Positions 1 through 8,716 of a DNA stretch of 38,024 bases are shown piece by piece. Origin of the DNA: Sphingomonadaceae bacterium (lineage in GTDB: Bacteria > Chloroflexota > UBA6077); contig JBLNDL010000014.1 in the NCBI GenBank assembly GCA_050261575.1, forward strand, positions 74,054 to 112,077, in the 5' to 3' direction. The number at the start of each line of letters is the position of its first letter. The stretch's first letter is position 1. The notes beneath the pieces were generated by a model that was given only the letters and a program-made list of their open reading frames with translations, was not told the DNA's origin and did no database searches. Both the position numbers and the translations under genes were made by a program.

Positions 1-1
1 C

Positions 2-934
2 CAGGATGTCCACGATCTCCTTCGGCGTGCCGGCCGGCACGGAGAAGCCTCGGGCAGAGCTGAAGCTCACCTTGTATCCCAGTTCTTCCATCGTTGGGAC
101 GTCGGGGAAGAACTCGCTCCGCTGGGTATCCATCACAGCCAGAGCACGAAGGTCGCCATTCTTGACGGGGCCTACGAAGTTGCCTCCCCAACCAATGTTG
201 GCGTCCACGTGGCCACCTAAGAGGGCAGTCAAGGCAGGGGCCGCACCGTCGAACTGGGCGATGGTGAACTTGGTGCCAGTCGCCTTCTGGAACTGCAGAG
301 TCGCCATATGCGCTGGGCTCATGATGCCTGAGGAAGATACCTTCACCTTCTCTGGATTAGCCTTGGCAGCCTCAATGAAGTCCTTGGCGGTCTTGTATGG
401 GCTATCGCTCTTGACAACGAGGATGGCCGGCTCGGAGACGTGGAGGGCGATGGGCTGGAAATCCTTGCGCCCATAATTCGCCTTACGCCCTGGATCCAGA
501 TAGACGGTGATGGTGCCGGGAACCAGGGTCGCGCAGATGGTGTAGCCATCCGGCTTGGACTTCAACATCTCCATTTCGCCGATCTGTCCGCTGGCGCCTG
601 CCTTGTTCACTACCTGGATCGGTACACCCAACTCCTTTTCCAGGTAGGGGGTCAGCAAACGAGTGCCTACGTCCACGCCGCCTCCCGCCGGCCATGGTAC
701 GATCATGGTGATCGTCTTGCCCTTCTGAGGGAAATCGACCTTCTTGGCAGGTGATGCAGTAGGCTGTGCTGCGAGCGTGGGTTTTGCGGCAGGCGCGGCA
801 GCCTTTGTGGGCTCGGCTGCGCTTGCCGGTGCCTTGGTGGATGCGGGTGTGGCTGCCGGCTGTGCTTGCGAGCAGCCGGCGAGCAGGACCGCTGCGGTGG
901 TGATCGCGACCAAGGCGGTGGCGAGACGCTTCAT
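2..934 (-). CDS. Tripartite tricarboxylate transporter (TctC/Bug family) substrate-binding lipoprotein, truncated at window edge
   Basis: Not in the ORF track; translated manually from ATG at 934 with GGAGG upstream: MKRLATALVAITTAAVLLAGC (lipobox LAGC), a P/A/T/K-rich linker, then FPQKGKTITMIVPWPAGGGVDVGTR...VVNKAGASGQIG...SKPDGYT, typical Bug/TctC motifs. Confidence 0.9.
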   Translation of the reverse strand, partial: MKRLATALVAITTAAVLLAGCSQAQPAATPASTKAPASAAEPTKAAAPAAKPTLAAQPTASPAKKVDFPQKGKTITMIVPWPAGGGVDVGTRLLTPYLEKELGVPIQVVNKAGASGQIGEMEMLKSKPDGYTICATLVPGTITVYLDPGRKANYGRKDFQPIALHVSEPAILVVKSDSPYKTAKDFIEAAKANPEKVKVSSSGIMSPAHMATLQFQKATGTKFTIAQFDGAAPALTALLGGHVDANIGWGGNFVGPVKNGDLRALAVMDTQRSEFFPDVPTMEELGYKVSFSSARGFSVPAGTPKEIVDIL

Positions 935-978
935 CCTTCTACCTCCACGAAATCGTGCCCTGAGTGTGGGCGTCTGAA

Positions 979-2253
979 TCAGGATTCACCGTTGCCGGGG
1001 ATCCTCCGCTCCTCCGGTCTGAAGAGCCCGTGGGATCGCATTCGGATGGTTGGATCGGCCTGCGGGTGGCCGACGTAAGTCTTTGCGCTATCGTTGCGAG
1101 GCCAGCCGGGGTGAGCGGGGGTGCCGAGCGGAGGGGGCAATTCGATGCCCAGGTGCTTCGCTGGGGTAACCTGGAACACCTGGTAGAGCTCTTCCCTGGT
1201 GCAGCCGTAGGCGAGCAGCAGCTTAACCATCCAGCGGGCCGCGATGGAGGGTGGGAAGTTCTGCAACTGGTTGAAGTCGGACCCGTAGACTACGTTCTCA
1301 GGGCCCACCTCCTTCACGATGCGCGCGGCATAGAGCGGGCCGCTTTCGTGCAGCGGGAAGGCCATGGCCCCGAGGCCTGAAAGCATGATCTTGGCACCTC
1401 TTTCGGCCTGAGCCTTCATGTTCTCGATGGTGTGCTTGGAGTGGATGTGCGCGGGGTGCACCACCTCCATTCGGGTTACCCCGAGCCGTCGAGCCTCCTC
1501 GAATAGGATGGCACTATCCTCGTATGGGTAGTGGCCGGTGGCCAGGATCAGGTCGTTATCCGCCACGATGCGCAGGATCTCCTGCATAGCTGGAATGACC
1601 TTGCGGTTCTCGTCCAGGAAATGCAGCCCGAACCCGGACCAATCGTCGTAGACCACCCGCCTGTGATGGTAGGAGTCCACCATCGGCATCCAGACGTACT
1701 TCATGCCGGGGAAGCCCAGACACTTCTTCACGGCCTCCGGATTGATCCCGCCCACGGAGTAGCTGAGGGTGACGCCTCCGAAGCACTGGACCGGGCGAAG
1801 CCCACGTTCCTCGGCGTAGCGGTTCACGGCCTTCTGAACGAGGGCGTTGCGGGATGCGGACGGGCTGTACCAAGTCTTGACCACCATGGCTCGCATGCCG
1901 ATGTCGGTGTAGTCCATGGCGATGTCGTCTTCCAGCATCAGCCGCTCCATCGGGTCGGAGCCGCCGTGGACGTGGATGTCGATGGAGTTGCAGAGGATGT
2001 CGTCGACATCTTGCTCGGAGAACTTGGCGCCGGCCAGGAAGCGGGCGTACTGGATGTTGGCGAACTGAACCTGCTGCCTTATCAGGAAGGTGAATATCTC
2101 GTCGCTGATACCGGGTATGTCAACCTTTGCGAGGGTTTTCAGCCGCTCGACCCTCTCTGCTGGGACCTCGATCTGAAGGATCTCCTTGAGGCTGAGCCCC
2201 TCCTCCGGCTTGACGCTTCCCCGTTTTTCGGGTGCGTTCTTCTGGTCGGTCAT
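979..2253 (-). CDS. DUF6282-family metal-dependent amidohydrolase-like protein with N-terminal extension
   Basis: DIHVH (HxH) motif, LATGH, VVHP and YGSDF amidohydrolase-fold signatures; GGAGG RBS before ATG; paralog of 13116..14000. Confidence 0.75.
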   Translation of the reverse strand: MTDQKNAPEKRGSVKPEEGLSLKEILQIEVPAERVERLKTLAKVDIPGISDEIFTFLIRQQVQFANIQYARFLAGAKFSEQDVDDILCNSIDIHVHGGSDPMERLMLEDDIAMDYTDIGMRAMVVKTWYSPSASRNALVQKAVNRYAEERGLRPVQCFGGVTLSYSVGGINPEAVKKCLGFPGMKYVWMPMVDSYHHRRVVYDDWSGFGLHFLDENRKVIPAMQEILRIVADNDLILATGHYPYEDSAILFEEARRLGVTRMEVVHPAHIHSKHTIENMKAQAERGAKIMLSGLGAMAFPLHESGPLYAARIVKEVGPENVVYGSDFNQLQNFPPSIAARWMVKLLLAYGCTREELYQVFQVTPAKHLGIELPPPLGTPAHPGWPRNDSAKTYVGHPQADPTIRMRSHGLFRPEERRIPGNGES

Positions 2254-2433
2254 TGCTCCTCCGACTGCCCATCTCTTGGGATGGCAAGACTGGTAGTTGA
2301 GGGTTTCGCTGTATCAGGTTTTCCGAGTGAACGAGATGGAAAGGGATGGGTATCAACCAGAACGGGGGTAGTGCCAGGGACAGACCGGCGAGAAGTCGCT
2401 CGGGAGCGAGGCCCGGCAACCAGGCCGCCGATT

Positions 2434-2480
2434 CTATCGTTATGCTAAACGTTTAGCATAAACGTTTAGCATAACGATAG
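2434..2480. promoter_or_regulatory. LacI-family-type operator palindrome (TGCTAAAC|GTTTAGCA) with a 13-bp internal duplication
   Basis: Perfect 22-bp palindrome TTATGCTAAACGTTTAGCATAA at 2440-2461; 17-bp inverted repeat 2434-2450/2464-2480; AAACGTTT core with central CG typical of LacI/GalR operators; overlaps the -10/+1 of the leftward promoter. Confidence 0.75.
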
Positions 2481-2502
2481 CACGAGGGCTGGGCTGTGTC
2501 AA
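2474..2502 (-). promoter_or_regulatory. sigma70-type promoter for the DUF6282-tctC operon
   Basis: Minus strand reads TTGACA-17 bp-TATCGT with extended -10 TGn. Confidence 0.75.
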
Positions 2503-2507
2503 CAAAC

Positions 2508-2536
2508 TTGACACGATTCTGGAACTACCCTATACT
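2508..2536 (+). promoter_or_regulatory. sigma70-type promoter for the aro leader/operon
   Basis: TTGACA (2508-2513), 17 bp, TATACT (2531-2536). Confidence 0.85.
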
Positions 2537-2583
2537 GGCGACCAGTTCGGGGCGAACCCGAGTGCAGGTTTCGTCGGATCAAG

Positions 2584-2640
2584 ATGACAGCGCTCAACAG
2601 CTACTACTACTTTAAGAGCCGGCATGACGGGGCTCCCTAG
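2584..2640 (+). CDS. Tyr/Phe-rich attenuator leader peptide [18 protein letters not shown]
   Basis: 18-aa ORF with TAC TAC TAC TTT at 2602-2613, between the promoter and a terminator, upstream of DAHP synthase. Confidence 0.85.
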   Translation: MTALNSYYYFKSRHDGAP

Positions 2641-2679
2641 AGAAGACCAATAGGGACGCCCAAGACCCCGTCATGCCGA

Positions 2680-2716
2680 AAGGAGCAGAGGAGAAATCCT
2701 CTGCTCCTTCGTTTTT
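2680..2716 (+). terminator. Intrinsic terminator (attenuator) upstream of aroF
   Basis: 13-bp stem AAGGAGCAGAGGA/TCCTCTGCTCCTT, GAAA loop, followed by CGTTTTT. Confidence 0.85.
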
Positions 2717-2753
2717 GTCCGCCACCGCCAAGGCAGAAGAAAGGAGATCCGCC

Positions 2754-3803
2754 ATGATCGTGGTGATGTCCAGCCAGGCTACGGAGACGCAGATCCAGGG
2801 GGTTCTGGCGCGACTGGAGAGCGAGGGGCTGAAGGGCCACCGCTCGGGAGGAGAGGAGCGAACGGTGATTGGCGTCATAGGCACGCGTTTCGAGCCGCAG
2901 TTGAGCGAGCAGTTGGAGATGCTCGCGGGGGTGGAGAAGGTCACGCCCATCAGCAAGCCGTACAAGCTGGCCAGTCGCGAGTTCAAGCCCTTCGATAGCG
3001 TCGTCCGGGTGGGCGATCTGGAGATCGGCGGCCCGGAGCTAGCGGTGATGGCCGGGCCGTGCTCCGTGGAGAGCCTGGACCAGATGATGGAGACCGCTGC
3101 AGCGGTTAAAGCGGCCGGTGCACGGGTGCTGAGGGGTGGCGCCTTCAAGCCGCGCAGCTCGCCCTACTCCTTCCAGGGTATGGGCGAGTCCGGCCTGCAG
3201 ATCCTGGCGGAGGTGCGGGAGCGGACGGGGCTGAAGATCGTGACCGAGGTGATGGAGCCGGAGCAGGTGAGGGTGGTGGCGGAGCACGCGGATATCCTGC
3301 AGATCGGCGCTCGCAGCATGCAGAACTTCCCTCTCTTGAAGGAGGTGGGCAAGATCGACAAGCCCGTGCTGCTCAAACGGGGGATGGCGGCCACGATCGA
3401 GGAGTGGCTGATGGCGGCCGAGTACATCATGGCTTCCGGCAACTTCGACGTCATCCTCTGTGAGAGGGGGATCCGGACCTTCGAGACCGCGGTGCGGAAC
3501 ACCCTCGACCTGAGCGCCGTGCCGGTGGTCAAGCGGCTGAGCCACCTCCCGGTGATCGTGGATCCGAGCCACGGCACTGGCAAGTGGTACCTGGTGAAGC
3601 CGATGGCGCTGGCCGCCGTGGCCGCGGGTGCCGACGGGCTGTTGATCGAGGTGCACCCCACCCCCGACACGGCGCGGTCCGACGGCCCGCAGTCCCTCAC
3701 GCTGCCCAACTTCGCGGACTTGATGAACTCCCTGCGGGTGGTGAGTTCGGCGGTGGGCCGCCGGGTGCCCGACGGCATGGATGCGGACGTGGTGGCGGCA
3801 TGA
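2754..3803 (+). CDS. aroF: DAHP synthase, type I-beta with N-terminal regulatory domain
   Basis: MIVVM start with [58 protein letters not shown] motifs. ORF-track start 2673 lies within the attenuator. Confidence 0.95.
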   Translation: MIVVMSSQATETQIQGVLARLESEGLKGHRSGGEERTVIGVIGTRFEPQLSEQLEMLAGVEKVTPISKPYKLASREFKPFDSVVRVGDLEIGGPELAVMAGPCSVESLDQMMETAAAVKAAGARVLRGGAFKPRSSPYSFQGMGESGLQILAEVRERTGLKIVTEVMEPEQVRVVAEHADILQIGARSMQNFPLLKEVGKIDKPVLLKRGMAATIEEWLMAAEYIMASGNFDVILCERGIRTFETAVRNTLDLSAVPVVKRLSHLPVIVDPSHGTGKWYLVKPMALAAVAAGADGLLIEVHPTPDTARSDGPQSLTLPNFADLMNSLRVVSSAVGRRVPDGMDADVVAA

Positions 3804-5152
3804 GCGGCGAGCGGATGTGGAGACATGGAGACACGGAACCCGGTGCAGCCAGCACCCGGATCGTGACACCTCCCAGGCGACTGCGGGGTCAGCTTCGGGT
3901 ACCGGGAGACAAGTCCATCTCGCATCGGGCCCTGATGCTCAACGCCGTGGCTCGAGGCTCCGCCGTCGTGTCGAACCTCGGCCCGGGGGAGGACTGCATC
4001 TCCACCGTGCGGTGCCTCCGCGCACTTGGGGTGTCTATCGAGACGGCGGACGGGGGGGCCACCGCCAGGGTGGAGGGCGTTGGGCTGCGTGGGCTGCGGG
4101 AGCCGGAGGACGTGCTGGATGCGGGCAACTCCGGCACCGCCATGCGGCTCCTTGCCGGGTTGCTGGCCGGGCAACCGTTCCTTTCGATCCTCACGGGCGA
4201 CGGCTCGCTTCGCTCTCGCCCGATGCGCAGGGTGATCGACCCGTTGCGCCGGATGGGCGCGCAGTTGTGGGGGCGCAGAGGGGATACCCTGCCGCCCCTG
4301 GTGGTGAGGGGAGGCGAGCTGAGGGGAATCGACTTCACCCTGCCTGTGGCCAGCGCGCAGCTCAAGTCCGCCATCCTGCTGGCGGGGCTCCACGCCGACG
4401 GCCCCACGGTGATCCGCGAGCCGCAGCCCTCCAGGGACCACACCGAGCGGATGCTGGCGGCCCAGGGGGTGGACATCACCCGCTCCGAGCGGGTGGTCAC
4501 GTTGCGCCCCCCCGCGGAACTCGATTCCCTGGACGTCGAGGTGCCTGGGGACATCTCCTCGGCGGCCTTCTGGTTGGTGGCGGCGGCGATCCATCCCGAT
4601 GCGGAGATAGTGGTGAGGGATGTGGGGGTGAACCCGGGCCGCACGGGGGTGCTGGAGGCGCTGAGAGCCATGGGAGCCGACCTGGAGGTGATCCCAAGGG
4701 GTGAGCGAGCCGGGGAGCCGGTCGCGGACCTGGTGGCCCGCTCCAGTAGACTCCAGGGGATCACGGTCGGTGGAGAGATGATCCCGCGGCTGATCGACGA
4801 GATCCCCGTGCTGGCAGTGGCGGCCGCCTGCGCGGAGGGGGAGACCCGGTTCGTCGACGCGGCGGAGCTGCGGGTCAAGGAGACCGACCGGGTGCATGCG
4901 GTCGCGACCGAACTGTCGAAGCTGGGTGCCAGCGTGGAGGAGCTGCCGGATGGGCTGGTGGTTCGGGGCGGCCGCGCCCTGCGGGGCACCACCTGCCTCA
5001 GCTACGGCGACCATCGCATGGCGATGGCCGTGGCGGTGGCCGGACTGGTGGCCGAGGGCGAGACTGCCGTCCAGGGTGCTGGCACCGCGACGGTTTCCTA
5101 CCCAGGCTTCTGGGAGGAGATGGAGTCCCTCTGCGAGGGGGGCCGGACGTGA
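3800..5152 (+). CDS. aroA: 3-phosphoshikimate 1-carboxyvinyltransferase (EPSP synthase)
   Basis: [54 protein letters not shown] overlap with the aroF stop. Confidence 0.95.
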   Translation: MSGERMWRHGDTEPGAASTRIVTPPRRLRGQLRVPGDKSISHRALMLNAVARGSAVVSNLGPGEDCISTVRCLRALGVSIETADGGATARVEGVGLRGLREPEDVLDAGNSGTAMRLLAGLLAGQPFLSILTGDGSLRSRPMRRVIDPLRRMGAQLWGRRGDTLPPLVVRGGELRGIDFTLPVASAQLKSAILLAGLHADGPTVIREPQPSRDHTERMLAAQGVDITRSERVVTLRPPAELDSLDVEVPGDISSAAFWLVAAAIHPDAEIVVRDVGVNPGRTGVLEALRAMGADLEVIPRGERAGEPVADLVARSSRLQGITVGGEMIPRLIDEIPVLAVAAACAEGETRFVDAAELRVKETDRVHAVATELSKLGASVEELPDGLVVRGGRALRGTTCLSYGDHRMAMAVAVAGLVAEGETAVQGAGTATVSYPGFWEEMESLCEGGRT

Positions 5153-5265
5153 GGCGGCTGGCGGTGATCGGGCACACTGGTCGGGTACAATACCGATCGG
5201 CGAGTTTCCCCCCGACGCTTCGGGGAGGAGCGGCATCGATGTTGGTGCATCAGGGGAGATAGACG

Positions 5266-6453
5266 ATGCTCAGGGTACTTAGAATGCTCACGGCCGGGGA
5301 GTCGCACGGGCAAGCGCTCGTGGGGGTGCTGGAGGGCATGCCCGCCGGGTTGCCCCTCTCCCAGGACCACATAGACCTTCAGTTGCGGCGCCGGCAGGGC
5401 GGCTACGGTCGGGGTGGGCGGATGAAGATCGAGCGCGATCGGGCCCTCCTGCTCTCGGGCGTGCGCCACGGGTTGACCCTGGGCAGCCCCATCGGGCTTC
5501 AGATCCAGAACCGCGATTGGGCCAACTGGCAGGGCCAGATGGGCGTGGAGCCTCCCGAGGAGCCGGTGGACGTCGTCACCCGGCTGAGGCCGGGCCACGC
5601 GGACCTGGCGGGGGCTCTGAAGTACGGGCATGCGGACGTCAGGAACGTGCTGGAGCGGGCGAGCGCCCGGGAGACTGCCATGCGGGTGGCGCTGGGGGCG
5701 GTCGCGCAGCGGCTGCTCTCGCATTTCGGCATCGAGCTTCGGAGTCAGACCATCTCCATCGATGGCGTCGTGGCTCGGCCCCCGGACTGGGTCTCCACCG
5801 ATCGGCGGGGTGCGTGGGGCGAGCGAGCCGAGGCTTACTGGCGAGCGGTGGAGTCCTCCCCGGTTCGCTGTGGGGATGAGGCGGCGGGAGAGGCGATGGT
5901 CCGGGCCGTCGACGAGGCGCGGCGGGACGGCGACACCCTGGGGGGAGTCTTCCAGGTGGTGGCCTACGGGGTGCCGGCAGGGCTCGGAAGCCACGTACAT
6001 TGGGACCGGAAGCTGAACGCACGGCTATCCGCGGCACTCATGAGCATCAACTCGGTGAAGGGTGTCGAGGTGGGAGCCGGATTCGGCGGGGCTGAAGCTC
6101 GGGGTAAGGACTACCACGACGTGATCGAGCACCACCCGGAGCGAGGGTGGACCCGCCGAGGAAACAACGCAGGGGGGATCGAGGGGGGGATGAGCAACGG
6201 CGAGCCGATTGTGGTGCGCTGTGCGGCCAAGCCGATACCGACTCTGATGAAGCCGTTGCCATCTGTGGACCTGGTGACGAAGGAGCCGATCGCGGCCGCC
6301 ATCGAGCGGAGCGACGTGTGCGTCGTGCCGGCGGCGGGCGTCGTGGGAGAGGCCATGGTGGCGCTTGTGCTGGCGGATGCCTTCCTGGAGAAGTTCGGGG
6401 GGGATTCCGTGGAGGAGATCGGGCGGAACTACGCCGGGAGGACGACGCAGTGA
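5266..6453 (+). CDS. aroC: Chorismate synthase
   Basis: [51 protein letters not shown] motifs. Confidence 0.97.
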   Translation: MLRVLRMLTAGESHGQALVGVLEGMPAGLPLSQDHIDLQLRRRQGGYGRGGRMKIERDRALLLSGVRHGLTLGSPIGLQIQNRDWANWQGQMGVEPPEEPVDVVTRLRPGHADLAGALKYGHADVRNVLERASARETAMRVALGAVAQRLLSHFGIELRSQTISIDGVVARPPDWVSTDRRGAWGERAEAYWRAVESSPVRCGDEAAGEAMVRAVDEARRDGDTLGGVFQVVAYGVPAGLGSHVHWDRKLNARLSAALMSINSVKGVEVGAGFGGAEARGKDYHDVIEHHPERGWTRRGNNAGGIEGGMSNGEPIVVRCAAKPIPTLMKPLPSVDLVTKEPIAAAIERSDVCVVPAAGVVGEAMVALVLADAFLEKFGGDSVEEIGRNYAGRTTQ

Positions 6454-7076
6454 ACGTGGTGTTGATCGGCTTCAGCGGCAGTGGCAAGTCCAGCGTGGGG
6501 CGGCTGCTGGCGCTGAGGCTGGGTTGGGAATTGATCGACACGGATGCCGAGGTGGAGCGGATGGCGGGGAAGAGGATCCACCAGATCTTCGCCGAGGAGG
6601 GCGAGGCGGGCTTTCGCCGCCTGGAGAGTGAGGCGGTGCTGCACGCCCTCGTGGGGGAGCGCCGGGTAGTGGCCGTAGGGGGCGGCGCCGTGGTGGACCC
6701 CGCCAACCGCGAGGCGATGCGGAAGGGCAACCTGGTGGTGCTGTTGGATGCGGGGGTCGAGACCCTTCACCGCCGGTTGGCGGCAGCGGTCGTGGCGGAG
6801 CCGAGGCCGATGCTGGGAGCGGAGGACGGGGAGAGGGCAGGAGGGGAGGCCGGCCGCGCCTGCACGTCTGGCGGGCCCGCAGATCCGCCGGCCCCTGCAG
6901 ACCCCGTCTTGGCCCGCATCGCGGCCCTGAAAGCGCAGAGAGACCCCATCTATCGCGAAACCGCACATCTGTCGATATGGACCGAGGGGCTGGACGTCGA
7001 GAGCATCGCCGATCGGGTGGCAGAGGCAGTCGGGGCGGCGTGCAGCGAGACCCCGGACACTGCGAGGCAGCCATGA
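6450..7076 (+). CDS. aroK: Shikimate kinase
   Basis: GTG start overlapping the aroC stop; GFSGSGKS P-loop, [19 protein letters not shown]; low-complexity insertion after RPML. Confidence 0.92.
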   Translation: MNVVLIGFSGSGKSSVGRLLALRLGWELIDTDAEVERMAGKRIHQIFAEEGEAGFRRLESEAVLHALVGERRVVAVGGGAVVDPANREAMRKGNLVVLLDAGVETLHRRLAAAVVAEPRPMLGAEDGERAGGEAGRACTSGGPADPPAPADPVLARIAALKAQRDPIYRETAHLSIWTEGLDVESIADRVAEAVGAACSETPDTARQP

Positions 7077-8173
7077 TCAGACTAGCTATCGAGGCTGCGG
7101 CCGGCGGATACGAAGTCCTGGTAGGTCGGGGATTGCTCCAGTCGACCGGGCGGTTGCTGAAGGAGTCAGGGCTGGTGGGCTCGATCCGCCTGGTGGCGGA
7201 CCAGGCGGTGTACGCCCTCTATGGGGAGCGGTTGGAGAAGTCGCTGGCAGACGAGGGCTACTCCGTGTCGTCCTACTCGGTGGTGCCCGGCGAGGCCACC
7301 AAGTCGCTTGAGATGGCGGCCATCCTCTACGACTGGTTGGTGGACTCCGGGACAGAGCGGCGAGACCTGGTGCTCGCACTGGGCGGGGGGGTGGTCGGCG
7401 ACTTGGCGGGTTTCGTCGCGGCCACCTTCGTGAGGGGGCTCCGGTTGGTGCAGCTCCCGACGAGCCTCCTGGCGCAGGTGGACTCCAGCGTCGGCGGAAA
7501 GGTGGCCGTCAACCACCCTCGAGGCAAGAACCTGATCGGTGCCTTCTATCCACCCTCGTTGGTGATCGCCGATCCGGCGACCCTCTCCTCGTTGCCTCGC
7601 AGGGAGGTCTCCGCTGCCTTTGCCGAGGTGGCGAAGATGGGCCTCATAATGGATGCGAGTCTCTTCGAACGGCTGGAGCGGCGGGGGGAATCGCTGCTGG
7701 GTGTGGAGGGCGAGGAGGTGGACGAGATCGTCGCCCGCACGATCCAGTTGAAGGCGCAGGTGGTGCAGGCCGACGAGAGGGAGGGTGGGCTTCGGGCCAT
7801 CCTGAACTACGGCCACACCATCGGGCATGGCGTGGAGGCGGTCGCTGGATACGGAAGATACCGACATGGCGAGGCGGTGGCAATCGGGATGGTGGGCGCG
7901 GCCAGGATCGCCGTTGCCCTGGGGATGGTCGACGCAGCCACCGCGGACCGGCAGGAAGCGCTGCTACGCCGCCTTGCCTTACCCACCCGCTGCCCCGGGC
8001 TCTCTCCGGCGGGACTCTGGGCGGCGATGGCGCACGACAAGAAAGCGAGCGAGGGGAGACTGGCCTGGGTGCTCCCCGAGGGGATCGGTCGGGTTACCGT
8101 CCGGCGAGACGTGCCGGTCGAGCTGGTGCGGAGGGTGCTGGGCGAGCTGGTGAAAGAGGCTCCCTCTCCCTAG
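7073..8173 (+). CDS. aroB: 3-dehydroquinate synthase
   Basis: GEATKS, LGGGVVGDLAGF, PTSLLAQVDSSVGGK, KNLIGAF, LNYGHTIGH, HGEAVAIGM, DKK. Confidence 0.96.
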   Translation: MIRLAIEAAAGGYEVLVGRGLLQSTGRLLKESGLVGSIRLVADQAVYALYGERLEKSLADEGYSVSSYSVVPGEATKSLEMAAILYDWLVDSGTERRDLVLALGGGVVGDLAGFVAATFVRGLRLVQLPTSLLAQVDSSVGGKVAVNHPRGKNLIGAFYPPSLVIADPATLSSLPRREVSAAFAEVAKMGLIMDASLFERLERRGESLLGVEGEEVDEIVARTIQLKAQVVQADEREGGLRAILNYGHTIGHGVEAVAGYGRYRHGEAVAIGMVGAARIAVALGMVDAATADRQEALLRRLALPTRCPGLSPAGLWAAMAHDKKASEGRLAWVLPEGIGRVTVRRDVPVELVRRVLGELVKEAPSP

Positions 8174-8183
8174 GGAGAGGGAG
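8161..8183. repeat. REP-like palindrome over the aroB stop
   Basis: TCCCTCTCCC-TA-GGGAGAGGGA perfect inverted repeat containing the TAG stop. Confidence 0.6.
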
Positions 8184-8224
8184 AGAGTGGGACCTCCCCG
8201 AGGGGGGAGAGATGGGAGTTGTAA

Positions 8225-8665
8225 GTGAAGATCGCGGTGGTGAACGGCCCGAATCTGGACATCCTGGGGAAGCGGGAGCCCGGGGTGTACGGCACCACGA
8301 CCCTGGCGGAGATCGAGGACCGACTGATGGAGCGAGCGAATGCCCTGGGGGTGCAGTTGCAGTTCTTCCAGAGCAACCACGAAGGGTCTATAATTGATTA
8401 TCTTCACGAGCTTGAAGGCACCGTCGATGGTTTGATCATCAATCCCGCCGCATTCAGTCACTACAGCGTGGCGGTGCGCGATGCTCTCGCGTCCCTCTCG
8501 ATTCCGATCATCGAGGTGCACCTGTCCAACATCTACGCGCGGGAGCCGTTTCGGCATCACTCGATAACCGCCGAGGTAGCGACCGGACAGATCAGCGGGC
8601 TCGGAGCAGAAGGCTATTTGCTGGCACTTCAGGGACTAATAGCCCTTGTTGGAACAGGGGGCTAG
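8225..8665 (+). CDS. aroQ: Type II 3-dehydroquinate dehydratase
   Basis: NGPNLDILGKREPGVYG, QSNHEG, INPAAFSHYS, EVHLSNIYAREPFRHHS. Confidence 0.97.
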   Translation: MKIAVVNGPNLDILGKREPGVYGTTTLAEIEDRLMERANALGVQLQFFQSNHEGSIIDYLHELEGTVDGLIINPAAFSHYSVAVRDALASLSIPIIEVHLSNIYAREPFRHHSITAEVATGQISGLGAEGYLLALQGLIALVGTGG

Positions 8666-8716
8666 TGCTACTTTCCCTTACAGGGAAGTAGTAACGCTTC
8701 CCTGTGGGAGAGAAAA

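Noticed and set aside
2673..2753. N-terminal extension of aroF given by the ORF track
   Set aside because: It runs through the terminator hairpin; the RBS and family-typical MIVVM start are at 2754.
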